From Yuukianura sp. NJ FZ-2021 (taxonomy: Eukaryota), in contig CM102287.1 in assembly GCA_046563655.1 (NCBI GenBank), positions 8,308,001 through 8,372,000 of the forward strand: a stretch of DNA of 64,000 nucleotides. The letters run 5' to 3'. The notes beneath the pieces were generated by a model. It saw only the letters and a program-made list of their open reading frames with translations, was not told the origin of the DNA and did no database searches. The translations under genes and the position numbers were made by a program. Below are positions 51,220 through 63,428 of the stretch, piece by piece (position 1 is the first letter of the stretch; each line of letters begins with the position of its first letter).

Positions 51220-54200
51220 CTATAGTATAGGATTCCTATACCCTCTGCCTCTTTTCTTCAATGCTTTCGCCCTCCAGTTTTGTTCCCCTAAAAACCGAAA
51301 AAGCATAAGATTTCAGCCAAAAATAATGAAAAGACAGAAATTAAGTTTAACTTTTCACTTATTCCTTACACGAGCTTCTCCAACAAAGCTAACTTCAACA
51401 TCTTCATCAGACTTTTTCGCACATTGGTCACAGTACCAAGTGTAGCCACGACGTTTGGGATTGTAGGGCATAAAGGGTGGAGCACACAGGAAATGAAAGT
51501 CTAACTTGCAATCGTCACACCTAAAAAACAAGCCAACAAGCTTCAAAATAAAATTCAGCCAATCGGAGAGCAAGGAATTTCTAAAAACGAAGCTTACATT
51601 ACTAAACTGCTCTTTTCCTCCGTTTTGTTACAAACAGAGCATTTCCCAGTTTCAGTGCTGCCCAAGTTTGTCGCAGTTTCGCTGGATGAATTATTTAAGT
51701 TAGTTTTGTCCATTCTTTGTCCAGGTTTTGGACTTGATTTTCTAACTTTCACAGGAGCTGGACAAGTTCCAGCTTGTGCCAATGTTGGAGACGTTTGTGC
51801 CTTGAAAATGGTCGTGGCTCCTCTTTTCGTTTGCAGAATTGTTGGTCTGTGCGGATGTTGAGCTGGTGTTTGCATTTGAAGTCGCGGAGTAACAACAGGA
51901 GCAGCTACGCCATTCTTCGTTCCACGCTCAGAGTTTACTGGAGACAACTGAAACAGAAACAAAGAGTTACAACAATTCCGAAAAAAAAGTTTAAGACACC
52001 GAAGTGTCAAATTTGACACAAAAACTTAAACATACTTAAAAATACTTACCACAAGTTTCATTTTCTTGGAGGCTGGACCCGGAGCAGTTTTTTGCACCAA
52101 AGTGACACCATTTGCATCAGCGCTGTTTGGATTAGGAGCAATTGGAGTCAGTTTAGCAGGAAACACTAAGGGTTTTGCAGTCGGCGAAGCTTTTGGTGTT
52201 CTCAATTTTCTTGCCACTCCTTCATCTTGGTTTGGGTCCAATTTTTCTCTCTTGATGTTAACTTTTGCTACGACTGGAATCAAGCGATGTGTAGTTGGAG
52301 AGACAACTGGAGTGCTGGAAGTTTTCGGCGTTTTCATCTCCACTTTAGTGACTGTAGTTCCCTGTGCTTCAAGTTTCAATTTTTTAGCTCCAAGTGGAGA
52401 CGTCGCTGGCCGAACAAATCCAACAGGATTCGTTCTCTTGAGTACATTGACATTCGTATAAACTGGAGGAACGCCGCCGTTAGCACCGCCGCTTGGCGGC
52501 TGAGTCGGAGTTGTAAGATGGACAGCCACTGCTGTTGGAATGATTTTAGTCGTGGTGGGTCCATTGGCCACCACTGGTGGAACCTTTAACCGAATGAGCT
52601 GATAAAGTCAATTGAAAAGTTTTGATTTAGCTGCTTCTACATTTTGTGATCTAAAGCTTGAATTTTAAAATGCAACTTACATCAGGAAGAGGTCGAATTC
52701 CCATTATATTAATTGGAACAACTATAGGCTGGAACTGGTCAGCAGCATTTTGTGTTGGCGGTTGTAGTGGACTTGCTACTGGAGGTTTGACCGCTGCTGG
52801 TTTTTCTTTGACAATCACAGGTTCGTCTTCCGACTCTTCAGTTTCTCTATACTTTTCTGGACGTTTGAGCTGCGTACGTCCACGGAGTGTCCGAGGGGCC
52901 TCAGTGTCAATTACTTCTTCCTCTTCCGTTTTCGGTTCAGAGCAATCCGCACATTCCCTGAAAAAAAATAAATAAAACACGGTTTTGAAAACTGAGTTTT
53001 CATTTTCAAAATTTAACATTAAATTCGTGAATTCATTTTCACCATCCTTGAAGTTTGGATCGTCTGGGCATACGCAGCAGTGGAGGATCCAAGCAACCTA
53101 AGTTTTCAAAAAAAAAGTCAAAAAATGTATTTCAAAATTGAAGCCAAACTTGTTACAAAACCGAAAAATTAAGACGTACCCAAATGAAAATACAACTTGC
53201 AAGTATCGCAGTTCGTAATCAAATGCTGCTGATCAGACTTTTTACATTTCGCACAAATGTACAACGTCAGTCGACCTAAAAACCAAACGGGAAGTGAAAA
53301 TAAGCAATGAAGTGATTTGTGTTTTCCTTTTTTGAACAAAATTCTGTTGCGAATTGAACTTTCGAATCTGTTTTTCAAATTTTTTGAATTCAGCTCACCA
53401 GGACCAGTAGGCGGAAGACTGACGCGTTTGACTGTCTTTTTAAGCTCGGTACCAGTGCTGCCAGCATTTGAAGTTTTCTTTTCACTTTGCTTTGGAACAG
53501 ATACTGGTTGTTTTCGGACGGGAGACTTCGGCCGTTGCGGTGGAAGTCCCTTCAAAATCGCTGATGTATTCACGGTCTTGTTGTTTGGACAAACTGAGGT
53601 AAGAATCTTCTTCAAACCAATCAGTTCTTTGTTCATAGTCAATGTATCATCGATTATCTCCATGTGATCTACTGCTTCATTCTCCAGAACAGTATTTAAG
53701 GCAACTTGACGATCATTCAGGTTCGTATTTTCCTTTAGCAACTCTTGACACTGTTTACTCAGAGCTTCAATTCTTGTTTCTCTGTCGAAGTAGTACGCAA
53801 CGTATTCCACGGTGAGACTGGGAAGGACGTTCCACCTTTTCTTGATATTGGCAACAATCCGTTCGTTTTTCCCTTCCAGTTCCAGCGAAGTGAGATCTTC
53901 ACCCATATTTTCAATTTTTCTGGAAAAGCTAGAAACAGAGTAGGCACAGGACTTGAGGTTTCTGGGTTTCCGTTTTGATTCCAACAGGCAGGAACGACGA
54001 TATGGAAGCTTGTGGCCCTTGACTGAGTAGGAGACTAGACTTGATCCGTCAGCTTTTATAATACGTTTAGATGCCAATCTGCCTTGAATCTTCTGCAGTT
54101 TTTGTTGCAGTTTAGTTTGCTTCTCATTTACAGTAGTAATTGACGGAAAGAAACTAAAGTTTGCCTTTTCTCGCTTGATTCTGATTTGTTCTTGAAGAAC

Positions 54201-56732
54201 TTTGAAAAGTGTAGCTCGGTGTCTGTGAAACAAAATTAACAATAAAGTTAATCCAACTAAAATTAGTAAACCTAATTCCATACGAAATGCAGACAAAATG
54301 TGCGTACTTTGCTTGTTCTTTCTGTCCATGGAGTTTGCAACTAGCATAAAGTGAATCCGCCTCTTCCGTCCCTCCAGACGAAAATGGATCCGAAAGAAGA
54401 CCGAATCTTTGAGCACTGAAAATAAAATGATCAAGATTGTCAAAATTTCCAACATTTGCAAATCAGCATTCAGTAAAATTATGGAAATTGATATTGAAAA
54501 GAAATACCAGGAAATGTGGACGTATTGTTTGCACAGTCCAGCATCACACTCGACTGTGATTCCAGTTGTGGCGTATCGTCCACTGGAACAAAGTGTACAA
54601 GGCTTGTTTCCCCATCTTGAGTAAGCAATCTTCTCCAAATATGCTTTATTGTCATGAAGAGAAAGAATACCACGGGTATAGTGAGCACAGACAAGATGAA
54701 CAAATTGGTCTTCAGCAGTTGCTTTGAGTAATCCACCTTCAAAATTCACCAAAACCAACAATTTCCGAAAAAGTTAGTAAATTTTCAAAATCCAAACTTA
54801 ATTTGTTCATTACCTGGATTTGGACAAATTGCACAACTTTGTGCACAGTGGTTGTCAGGATTTTTACAGAAATCACAGAACCAAGGCTCTGTGGCTGAGG
54901 AAGAGCTGATATCGCTGGAGTTACTGATTCCATCACTTATACCGTAACAACCTAAAATGAAACCAAAAATATCAACCTTTTAAAACTTCTCTCAAAAATT
55001 TTTGAAATCAAAATGAAATAAAAACTAACCTTCATGAACAGTGACTTTACAGGAGTCGCATTCCACTATTTCATTGGCAGCATCACTCTTTTCTCCCAAG
55101 CAAAAGGAACAAATTTTTCGGTATAAGTCGATCTAAAAATTGAATGTGGGGAATCGCCATTAGTTTTTCATCAAACTTAAATAAATTCGTTGGCCATAGA
55201 ACTATTAAAACTTACATCACTTCGAATATCACGCATTGCACTGGTTGCTTTAAATACTCTGTCCATAACACAACCAGCATACGGATTGCTCTTTCTCAAA
55301 TTTTTCTGAGTCGTAGCTGCCGATTTGTCAGACTTTTTTGATTTCATCTTCTTTTCTTTCTTCTTGGCCGGAATCTTGGCTGGGACTTTCTTTGCCTTTG
55401 GTTTTTTCTTTTTCTTTTTTGCTTTCGAACCTCCTGGAGGGTGAAAGTCTGGACTTTCATTGTTCAATTTCTTCATAGTTTCACGCAGCAACGATGGTTT
55501 TTCCTCGGGTACTTCTGATTCGGAGTTTGAATTGTCACTGTCGTCTTTACTGTCATCGCTCCCTGTTTTACAATAAAGAAGTTATTGACTGGTGTGAAGA
55601 ATGAATGTGATAGTCAAACCGAGGGAGAAAAAATTGTGAACATGAGAACAAATGCTTACCATTTTCATCGTCGTCGCTACAGTTTGAGTCCTTGGTTATA
55701 TCACTTCCAGAAACAGATTCGTGATCATCAACATTGAAGTCCGAATCATCGGAGTCATCACCCAGTAGTGTGTCATCAACAAGTTTAGGCCGAATCGGGC
55801 GTTTGTTTCCAGATTGCCGCTCCACTGTAGAAATAAATCAATAAAAAAATAATTAGTAGACATATATTTATCGGGTTAGGGATACGACTTGACCTTATGA
55901 CCTTTGCCGAAAAGCAAAGAGTGTTTACAGGTGAACTCTCATTCTATGAAGTTTCTCATTTCTAAATTGCAAAGCTAATCTGCACCTCTAGTACTTTTAC
56001 TGCTTTAGTTTGTAGCTTCATTAAACCATTCTTCAGAAATAATTAATGAGAATGACTCAATTTCTGAATTCGAGTTTAATTTGTAGCGTAAGGTACCACA
56101 TATAACTAGGTACAATTTATATTTTGGACGTTGTAAAGAACATGAAGATACAGTTACCTAAAGTTTCAATGTTAGTCTGAGCCTAGTGTACTACGTCCTG
56201 AAATACCGATTTTGTAAGTAAAGTGAGCATTACCAATGATACTAGGTTATACTTTTTGTTATAACGTGTATACAAAAGTAAAAGTAGAGAGATACAGAAG
56301 ATGCGGAAAAAATGGGTTCTTGTTCAGTAACATAAGCAAGAAATACGACTTTTGCAAATATCTCAAATGTAACATTAGCTTAAAATCAGCTCAAATCAAA
56401 GCAGAGATCAATCGATTTCTGATTCAAAATGACATAAACCGCAATACTGCAACTTGCAAATATAAAACATACTATAAAAAGAATGAGTAATGTTAAGAAT
56501 GCGGTAATCCCAATCGTATACTATGGTAAAGGTAACTTAACAACATTTGCAACTCGGAGAAGAAAAAGAGGTGATTGACCTCGTGACCTGACGTATGCAG
56601 CGATTCAGAAATGAGACATGCTGTTCAAATTAAAGGCATAAACTTACTTGCTGTTCTAAGAATGAAGTCCACGGAACCCGATCCCGCTCCCCCACCAGCA
56701 GAAGTAGTCGATTGTCGCCTACTTGATGCCAT
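51220..56732 (-). CDS. PHF14: PHD finger protein 14 (PHD1-Zn knuckle-PHD2 module, coiled coil, PHD3, PHD4)
   Basis: First exon 56648-56732 (MASSRRQ...DFILRTA) splices in frame to MERQSGNKRPIRPKL...DDSDDSDFNV. PHD1 is ICSFCLGEKSDAANEIVECDSCKVTVHEGCYG...TEPWFCDFC, followed by CAICPNPGGLLKAT...VHLVCAHY and YATTGITVECDAGLCKQYVHISCAQ. Later come RWNVLPSLTVEYVAYYFDRETRI, PHD3 (CAKCKKSDQQHLITNCDTCKLYFHLGCLDPPL) and PHD4 (CDDCKLDFHFLC...KRRGYTWYCDQC). The terminal exon (about 51220-51287) is tentative; an alternative stop is at 51355. Confidence 0.92.
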
Positions 56733-57616
56733 CACTGAATCACTTACTAAATTCCAGTTAGCGATTGCTAGTTATTCAATTCGTCCAGAAGTAATTACTT
56801 TCGAAGATTCGCCTTGCAAATTACTTTGATAGATACCTTGATGTCACTATTTTGAGTTTGACCTTTTACGTTAACGTTCAATGGAATCACTAAAGAGAGC
56901 TTCCTTTTTCAAAATTTGTTCAGCTGTTGCTGTCTTTCTGTCCAGTAAAACCGGAGTAGTGCAGAAAGCTCTCAAAAGTAACCAAATTCACTTTCACTTT
57001 GACCTGAATTGACACAAATTGACTTTTTTGATCATAAAGTATTTGTGTGAGTTGTAAATATGACGAAATTTGTGTAATAACTCAAAACACTCATGCTTTT
57101 GTGCTGAAAAGAGAACAATCTCAAAAACACCCCAATGAAAATCACAACTTTTCGTCGCACAGAGAAGAACAACACGCACAAAAGGATAAACTTTTTAGAG
57201 GTCACACTTTTCACTTTTTTGAAATGGACGTCGTGCTTTTTCAAATCAAATTATCCCGCTCATTTGGTTTTAAACACCGCATGCTCACTAGGGCATGAAA
57301 AAACGACAAATTAACGTCAATTCAATTACTAATTAAGTTTTGTTCCTTGAAATAACGAAAGTATTTCACGTGAACTCTGAATCAGAACTGGACTCAACTT
57401 TGCTTTGCAAAAAAAAGTCCGATATTTCATCGCCTATATCTCTCTCTTTCTGTGCTACTCTTTTAGTTTTATGAGAAGATGCGACCGTCACGCCACCACA
57501 CGCTCATCATTTACTTACACTTGCTATGCACACGAGTTAACAAATAAGTTAATTATTAATCATTTCGAGTCTAATTGGTCGTCAATTGATATATTTTGAT
57601 GTTCTGAGAGGTATTT

Positions 57617-59428
57617 TTAATATTTAGCAGCTAAAAGTGGAATATGCTTATTGAAAAACTTGGACACATGCCCAATCACTTCCTCTACTCTGGTACGAGT
57701 CAATGGATTTTTGAAGTCACCCCGGGCAGCGGCGAAACCGTGTTCTTGATCTTCAATTCGGTAATGTTCCGATGCATCTTGACCTAGACGTTCCTGAATT
57801 CTCTTCTGCAATGGAACCTAATGGTAAATTACAAAAATAAATTCGAATTAATCAATTTCGAATTTTGAAAACCTGACATTTTCACATTTTGTGTCTTTAG
57901 TTGTACTGACCTGGTCATCTTCATTTTTGCTTGGAATGAACAGAACTGGAACCTTGACATTCTCGGCATCACTGGCTTCAATGAAAGCTGCGTGAATAAG
58001 GGCTGCTGCCTTGATGTCGTCTGACAAATTAGCTCCTGCCAAAATTGACATTTTCCCGCCCCAGCAGAAACCGAAAATGCCAAAGGACTCGGCCCCTAGA
58101 GCCTTGTAGTGACTGATGACATTCTTTAAGTCGGGGTCAACCACGTCAGGATAAGATCCAGCTACTTTGACCCAGTCCAATAGTACTTGACGACTGTAAG
58201 AAACCGAACAAAGTTTCTATGAGGTCAAAGTTTAACATATTTCTGTTAAAACTTTTGATTTTTTGCAGTAGTTACTCTTTTGGCGGAAAGTTCTTGGAAT
58301 CCCACGGTGAGCCTCGGAAGAAATCGGGCATGACGATGAGGAATCCAGCTTTGGCCAACTGATCACTGAATTGTTTGGTGTTTGGATGATACCCGAAAAT
58401 GTCATAAGCACAGATCAGAACCCGCTTTGAACTGGCGTCTCCCGTTTGGTAAGCATCCAAGTCTCCTATTTTGATGTTCTTCCCAACTGCTTCATAGTCG
58501 GAATGAATCGCGGGACGCGTACAGCACTCCTTTGTAAGCGACATTCTAAAGTGGTCGACCGGCTTGTCCTGATGCGTACCTTGGTGGGAAAAGAAACAAT
58601 TGCAAATTAGAAAACTGCGATTAAGGTGAAGTTCTTAAAAGACTGGACCAGTTTTTCTAAAATTGCTTTCAATGAATCTTTACAGAACTAATTGAAAACT
58701 GCTAGTCCAGTCGTCTGGAGAGACGTGTGTTCCAGTCGAGTTCCAGTTGTGAACAGACCGGATAACGTGGAAAACAGAATCTGTGAACTCATTCCTGTCG
58801 TCACTACTACTCTTCGTTATGTTTTTATCATGGACTTCCAAACTTTTACTATAGGAATCCTTCCCAAGCATGGTATTCCTACTGCTCTTCTCAAAAAAAA
58901 ATCTCTATTCTGAAATACCGACAGACTTAAAAGTGCCACTTCTCACAATTGAATTTGAGCGAGAGCCCACTTCTGTTCAAGGTCAATCATAAATTTAGAG
59001 ATGACCTGAGCAAATAAATGGACTCAACATATCTAATTCTGGCACACAAAAATTTTTAGCGTCCATGAGCTACTGATTTGTTGCACTCTGGGCATCTCAA
59101 ATTTTGGCGATTTCGGAATTCTAACTAAAACTCGAATTCACACTTCATTGCGAAAAATTCAGAGAGAATTTTTGGAATAAAGCGCTGCGTATCACAGGGA
59201 ATACAAAAAGCTAATCAATCGTGACTAAAATTAGTAGGTCAGTTTTTAATATGCAGAGTAGAACTTGCACAAAACTTTACCTGTAGTTGCAACGACGTCA
59301 GCATCTGTGGTCATGGGCAATGCTTTGTCGCCAGTGACAGCATCGCTACTTTCTGCACTACTTCCGTAACTGTTCGTCCAGTACAGAGATGCAACAGCAG
59401 TAGCGATTAAAACGAAATGCAACCACAT
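57617..59428 (-). CDS. Dienelactone hydrolase family alpha/beta-hydrolase (CMBL/AIM2-like), with an upstream signal-peptide exon; about 311 aa, or a shorter form from the ATG at 58544
   Basis: Core exons 58276-58579, 57911-58193 and 57617-57817 encode YDIFG, PDFFRG, the nucleophile elbow GIFGFCWGG and HGF. Exon 59281-59428 (MWLHFVLIATAVASLYWTNSYG...) ends in phase 1 and joins the acceptor at 58579 in frame (936 nt total). The core call is strong; the upstream exon is moderately supported. Confidence 0.88.
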
Positions 59429-59899
59429 CTTCAGTTAAAAAATATACAATATTATGTAAAGTAGCTTCAGTGAATTCGCGCAAGCGTAGATTAAAAATTG
59501 GGAACAGCTTAACTGTTCAGGCTAGTAACTGCTGAACGATTAGTCATGAGGACACTGTCCAAGTTCTGAGATTAAACCTCGATTGCAAATTACTCTCTGA
59601 CCTGAATTTGGCAACTCGCAGACTAACATTGCCAAAATTTATACCACCCGCAAATGTGACAAAAAAGAAACAAGTTTGAAATAAGCTTTCTTTTTCTTAC
59701 CATCAGCAGATTGACACTTCAAGGTAAAGAGTTTTTGTACAAATGAACAATCAAGGGTTGACCTTGCCCAGCTTGTAATTACTACAGCATTGGAAATGAA
59801 TCTGTCATTGTTTAATGACCTTTTGGACTAAAATTTAATGACGTTTCACTGGGAATTCCAGACTTTAAGTGAAATGAAAAGTAGAAAGTAGAACACAAT

Positions 59900-60838
59900 T
59901 TAGTTGACCACGACGGCTCCATAAGCATTTGGCTTATTAGGTTGACCACCATTAGAAACGGCTTGTGGGAATGGAGTTGATGAAGGTTGTGCTCGAAATG
60001 ATGATTTGCCAGTGTCGCGGAAGAATCGCTTCAGAATCAGCACTTGTCCGATACTGACCACCAGCAGCCCAATAGTCATCACCACGGATATCCACATTAC
60101 ACTGAAAATTTTACAGGAACAAAATCAGTTCAAAAATTCAGTCTGAACTTTGAACTAGGTAGCACTTTTTTTAAATTGTAAAAAGTAATTGAATAAAACT
60201 CACCGACTATTGAGTGACCGAATAAGGATGTTAGATCGAAGTTCTCTTCGGAAGAGATGCGTTTGATCAGAAATAACTTCGTCCAAATCCGATTCAATTT
60301 GGTCCAGTGACATTACAATCTGAAATATGAACAAAAAATTATAAAATCTCTTTGACCTTTGACCTCCTTACCTCTGAATCCGGCCCCATTTGATGTGATT
60401 TCTTCAAAGGAATTTCCAGATCAAAGACAATCCGCTTATTCTCGAATAATGAAAATTCGTTGTTAAAGCAAATCCTAAGATCTCCTGAATTTTTAACAGT
60501 TATGTTCAATTTGCCATCGTCTCCTCGCTCTCCTTCAAAATACAAATTATGATCTGGATCTTCAACTTGGACATCAATGTCTTCTCCTTCCATAACCTAA
60601 AATTCAAAAAAATACAATGAAAATTGAATTTTTTAAGTTAACTAATTTAATTGAGATAACTTACATCAAATTCGAACACGATTTGTCCAGAATGTTTGTC
60701 CAAGTCAACATATTCGTAGAAACAATCGGTCGTACCGTGTGGAACGTCGAACGTTAAGGAAATGTCTACTCCTCTATTATTTGCTTCAACTTTCATAAAC
60801 GAAGTCCAAAAAAGTATAAAAACTAAGTTAAAAAACAT
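59900..60838 (-). CDS. Divergent p24/TMED (emp24/gp25L, GOLD domain) family protein, 4 exons, about 238 aa
   Basis: Exons 60665-60838, 60372-60596, 60204-60319 and 59900-60101 encode a signal peptide, a GOLD domain (LTFDVPHGTTDCFYE...ICFNNEFSLFENKRIVFD), a coiled coil and a TM segment with QVLILKRFF. Confidence 0.88.
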
Positions 60839-61481
60839 TTTGTTAAAAAGTAAACTTAAAAAAAAAGTACAATATGTTCAGCTTTTGGAAATTGAAATGC
60901 TTCCTACGATTCAAAAATCTACAACCGGGTGTACTATTGTCAAGTGAAATCAGCCTTGGCTGTTTTGATGCGAAAGCTTTTGTTATATTATTCAATGTCA
61001 TGAATCATTGTGCTAAAATGAACATGTCAATTTTAGCTAAAAAAAATTTTTTTAGCTACAGTTCCGAAAATCTATTTTCATTTTGGGGTTTTACTGAAAC
61101 TGGCAATGGGGAATCCATAAGTTTAATTGTACCTGTTATCAATTAACTTATGGACTCTTTGTGTAGGAAAGCAACTGTGACTGTGTGAATGGGAGTGAAA
61201 CCATAAAACACAATTAATTTACTTTCACTTTACATCATAATGCTAAATAGTGCTTTGCTTACAAGGCTGATTCTCATTCTCATTCACTCAACTGGACAGA
61301 AGGAACTGAAAGAATTTGTCAACACTCCGGAAAAGTGTCGACTACTAAAGGGGACAGAGAAAAGTAATTCGTAATTAGAATTTGTAGTTAGAAATGCCTA
61401 AGGTTTAGGATCTTTGGAGAAGAATGGACTTGAGATTTTTACTAGCGTCGCCTTCGGTCTGCTGTCGTCGTCCAAAAATGA

Positions 61482-62470
61482 TTAGAACTTGTTGGCATTG
61501 GCATACAGGGGATTCGTATGGCGCATCTCAGAGGGTTTCCGTTCGTGGAAGAAGTTCTTCAGAATCATGACTTGGCCAATTGTGATAGTGAGGATTGCCA
61601 AAGACTCCAAACAAGACCACCACAAGACTCTACAAAATGAAAACAGACAAAGATCACATATTTGCAATTTTTCCCAGAAACGTTTGCGCAAATCAATGCT
61701 AAAACTAACCTCTCATTTAGATCTTCGGCGCGTTTTCGACTTTGGGCTTCACGCATTCTATGATGCGTTTGGTAGTCATCAATGTTATTTAGACTCTCAT
61801 GAATTTGTTGAACGGAAGATTCCAACTAGAAGTAACCACAATTGTGAACATAATACAAACATAATGGAAGTTTCCACGCGACCTTCTGATATCTGCCAAC
61901 GCGGACGAATAATGTAAATTGATGTATGCATTTTTATACCTGCGTCATTGCGGTTACGTGTTCCCCAACACCAGGCAATGGAGCCTCATCTCCAACTTGT
62001 AGATCGAAGTACACTAATTTATGGGAAAATGTAGAAAATTCGTTTGAAAAGCAAAAGGCATATTCTCCTGTTTCTTCCGGCGTCCATTCATGAGTGTCAT
62101 ACTGTTTTTTGATTTCTTTGTACAGGATGTGCTTATTGGGTGATTCAACATGAACGTCTACATCGTATTGACCACCATATACGACCTGTCACAAACAACA
62201 AAATTCATCAGCATACAAAATCTAAGTATGGCAACCGACAGGATTATTCAAACGTTTTACCTGAAATTCAAATGTAGTCTTCTTGCCCTTCTCAATATGC
62301 TCGTAGAAGCAGTCCTTAGAATTGTCCAGCAATTCAAATGTGAGTTCCACACAGTACGTCGACGGAAGTAGAATAAATAGGAAGATACATGCTACGACGG
62401 AAGGACTTAGTGAGAAAAGTTTATAAAGTACTCGCTGAACATAACTGGCGTTGGAATTGGACTTTTTCAT
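61482..62470 (-). CDS. TMED7: Transmembrane emp24 domain protein 7-like (p24 gamma subfamily), 4 exons
   Basis: Exons 62261-62470, 61940-62185, 61710-61825 and 61482-61629 encode [83 protein letters not shown] and [10 protein letters not shown]. Confidence 0.93.
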
Positions 62471-62952
62471 TGTCGACGATGACTGTTAACCCTGACCCGG
62501 ATTCTATCAGCTGTTCCTGACCTGTCCAAAAAATTAAAACACAGCACATTTAAATCCATATGTTAGATTCACATCTTTTATAGCAGTATCAAGTAAATTT
62601 AACACTTGTTTTATCATTTACCTAATTAGTTAATTGCTTTGATTAGTTTCTCCGAGTCCAGTCCGACTCCGATACTAAAATCCGAAACAGAAAACCGATT
62701 CACCCTGTTCCGCTGTCGTACTTTTTGTTCATTTGAAAAACTACGAGTACTCAAGCTGTTTCCATACGCCCACCCACTTGCTAAATCCCTTGTATACGTC
62801 ACTACTCGGAGTTAATTCCCACTCTAATTAGTGTCAATTAGTTAATTGACATTTGACACTTTGTTTACGATGAATTCGCCGCCTTGTTGCGTGCAAAAAC
62901 AGGCGATTGAACGGAACAGGATGGATGACGTGTCTCTTCAGTCTCGGAAAAA

Positions 62953-62975
62953 TTTAAATTCGCGCCAACTTTAAA
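62953..62975 (+). promoter_or_regulatory. Candidate E2F + CHR-like element in the TMED7 / Fas1 divergent promoter
   Basis: Sequence TTTAAA-TTCGCGC-CAAC-TTTAAA: an E2F-like site, a 4-nt spacer and the CHR variant TTTAAA. Motif match only. Confidence 0.35.
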
Positions 62976-63428
62976 TTCAAATTGTAAAAATTTATGCTCA
63001 ACCAAAAGATGACAGCACTCATCCGGGCGTCATTTTTCATTTTTTTTTGTAGTTTTTGACAAAAAAAACTTTGATGTAAACAATTTTATGAAAAGCAATT
63101 TAACCAACTTTTTCTAAACGAATCTGGGCATTCTTATAAACGACTGAATAATTTATGAGGAGATCTGGTGCTCCTGGAAGGTCACAACAAGTAACAGGAG
63201 CATCTTTAACACTAAAAAGTCAAGATAATCATCACGTTGAGTTGGATGAAGGTCACAAACCACAAAGTAAATTTGGTCGGTCAATTTCTTAGATCAGAAG
63301 ATGACCTCTTTTTGACATCTTTGAACACGCACAGACAAAAGTATTATAACAAGAAAGAAGGCAAAAACAAAGACCAGTGCAAATAATTTTGCTAGATTTC
63401 AATGTGATCTTAAACAGACGAAATCAAA

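Noticed and set aside
53169..54761. 530-aa ORF with an apparent hydrophobic/TM segment in PHF14
   Set aside because: The hydrophobic stretches are read-through of short introns (about 54417-54508 and 54223-54307); the spliced product is a soluble PHD protein.
58680..58913. ORF 58680-58871 as second exon of the 59.3-kb signal-peptide ORF
   Set aside because: The nearest good acceptor (about 58910) gives an immediate stop in the required phase, whereas the acceptor at 58579 gives an open fusion to the hydrolase.
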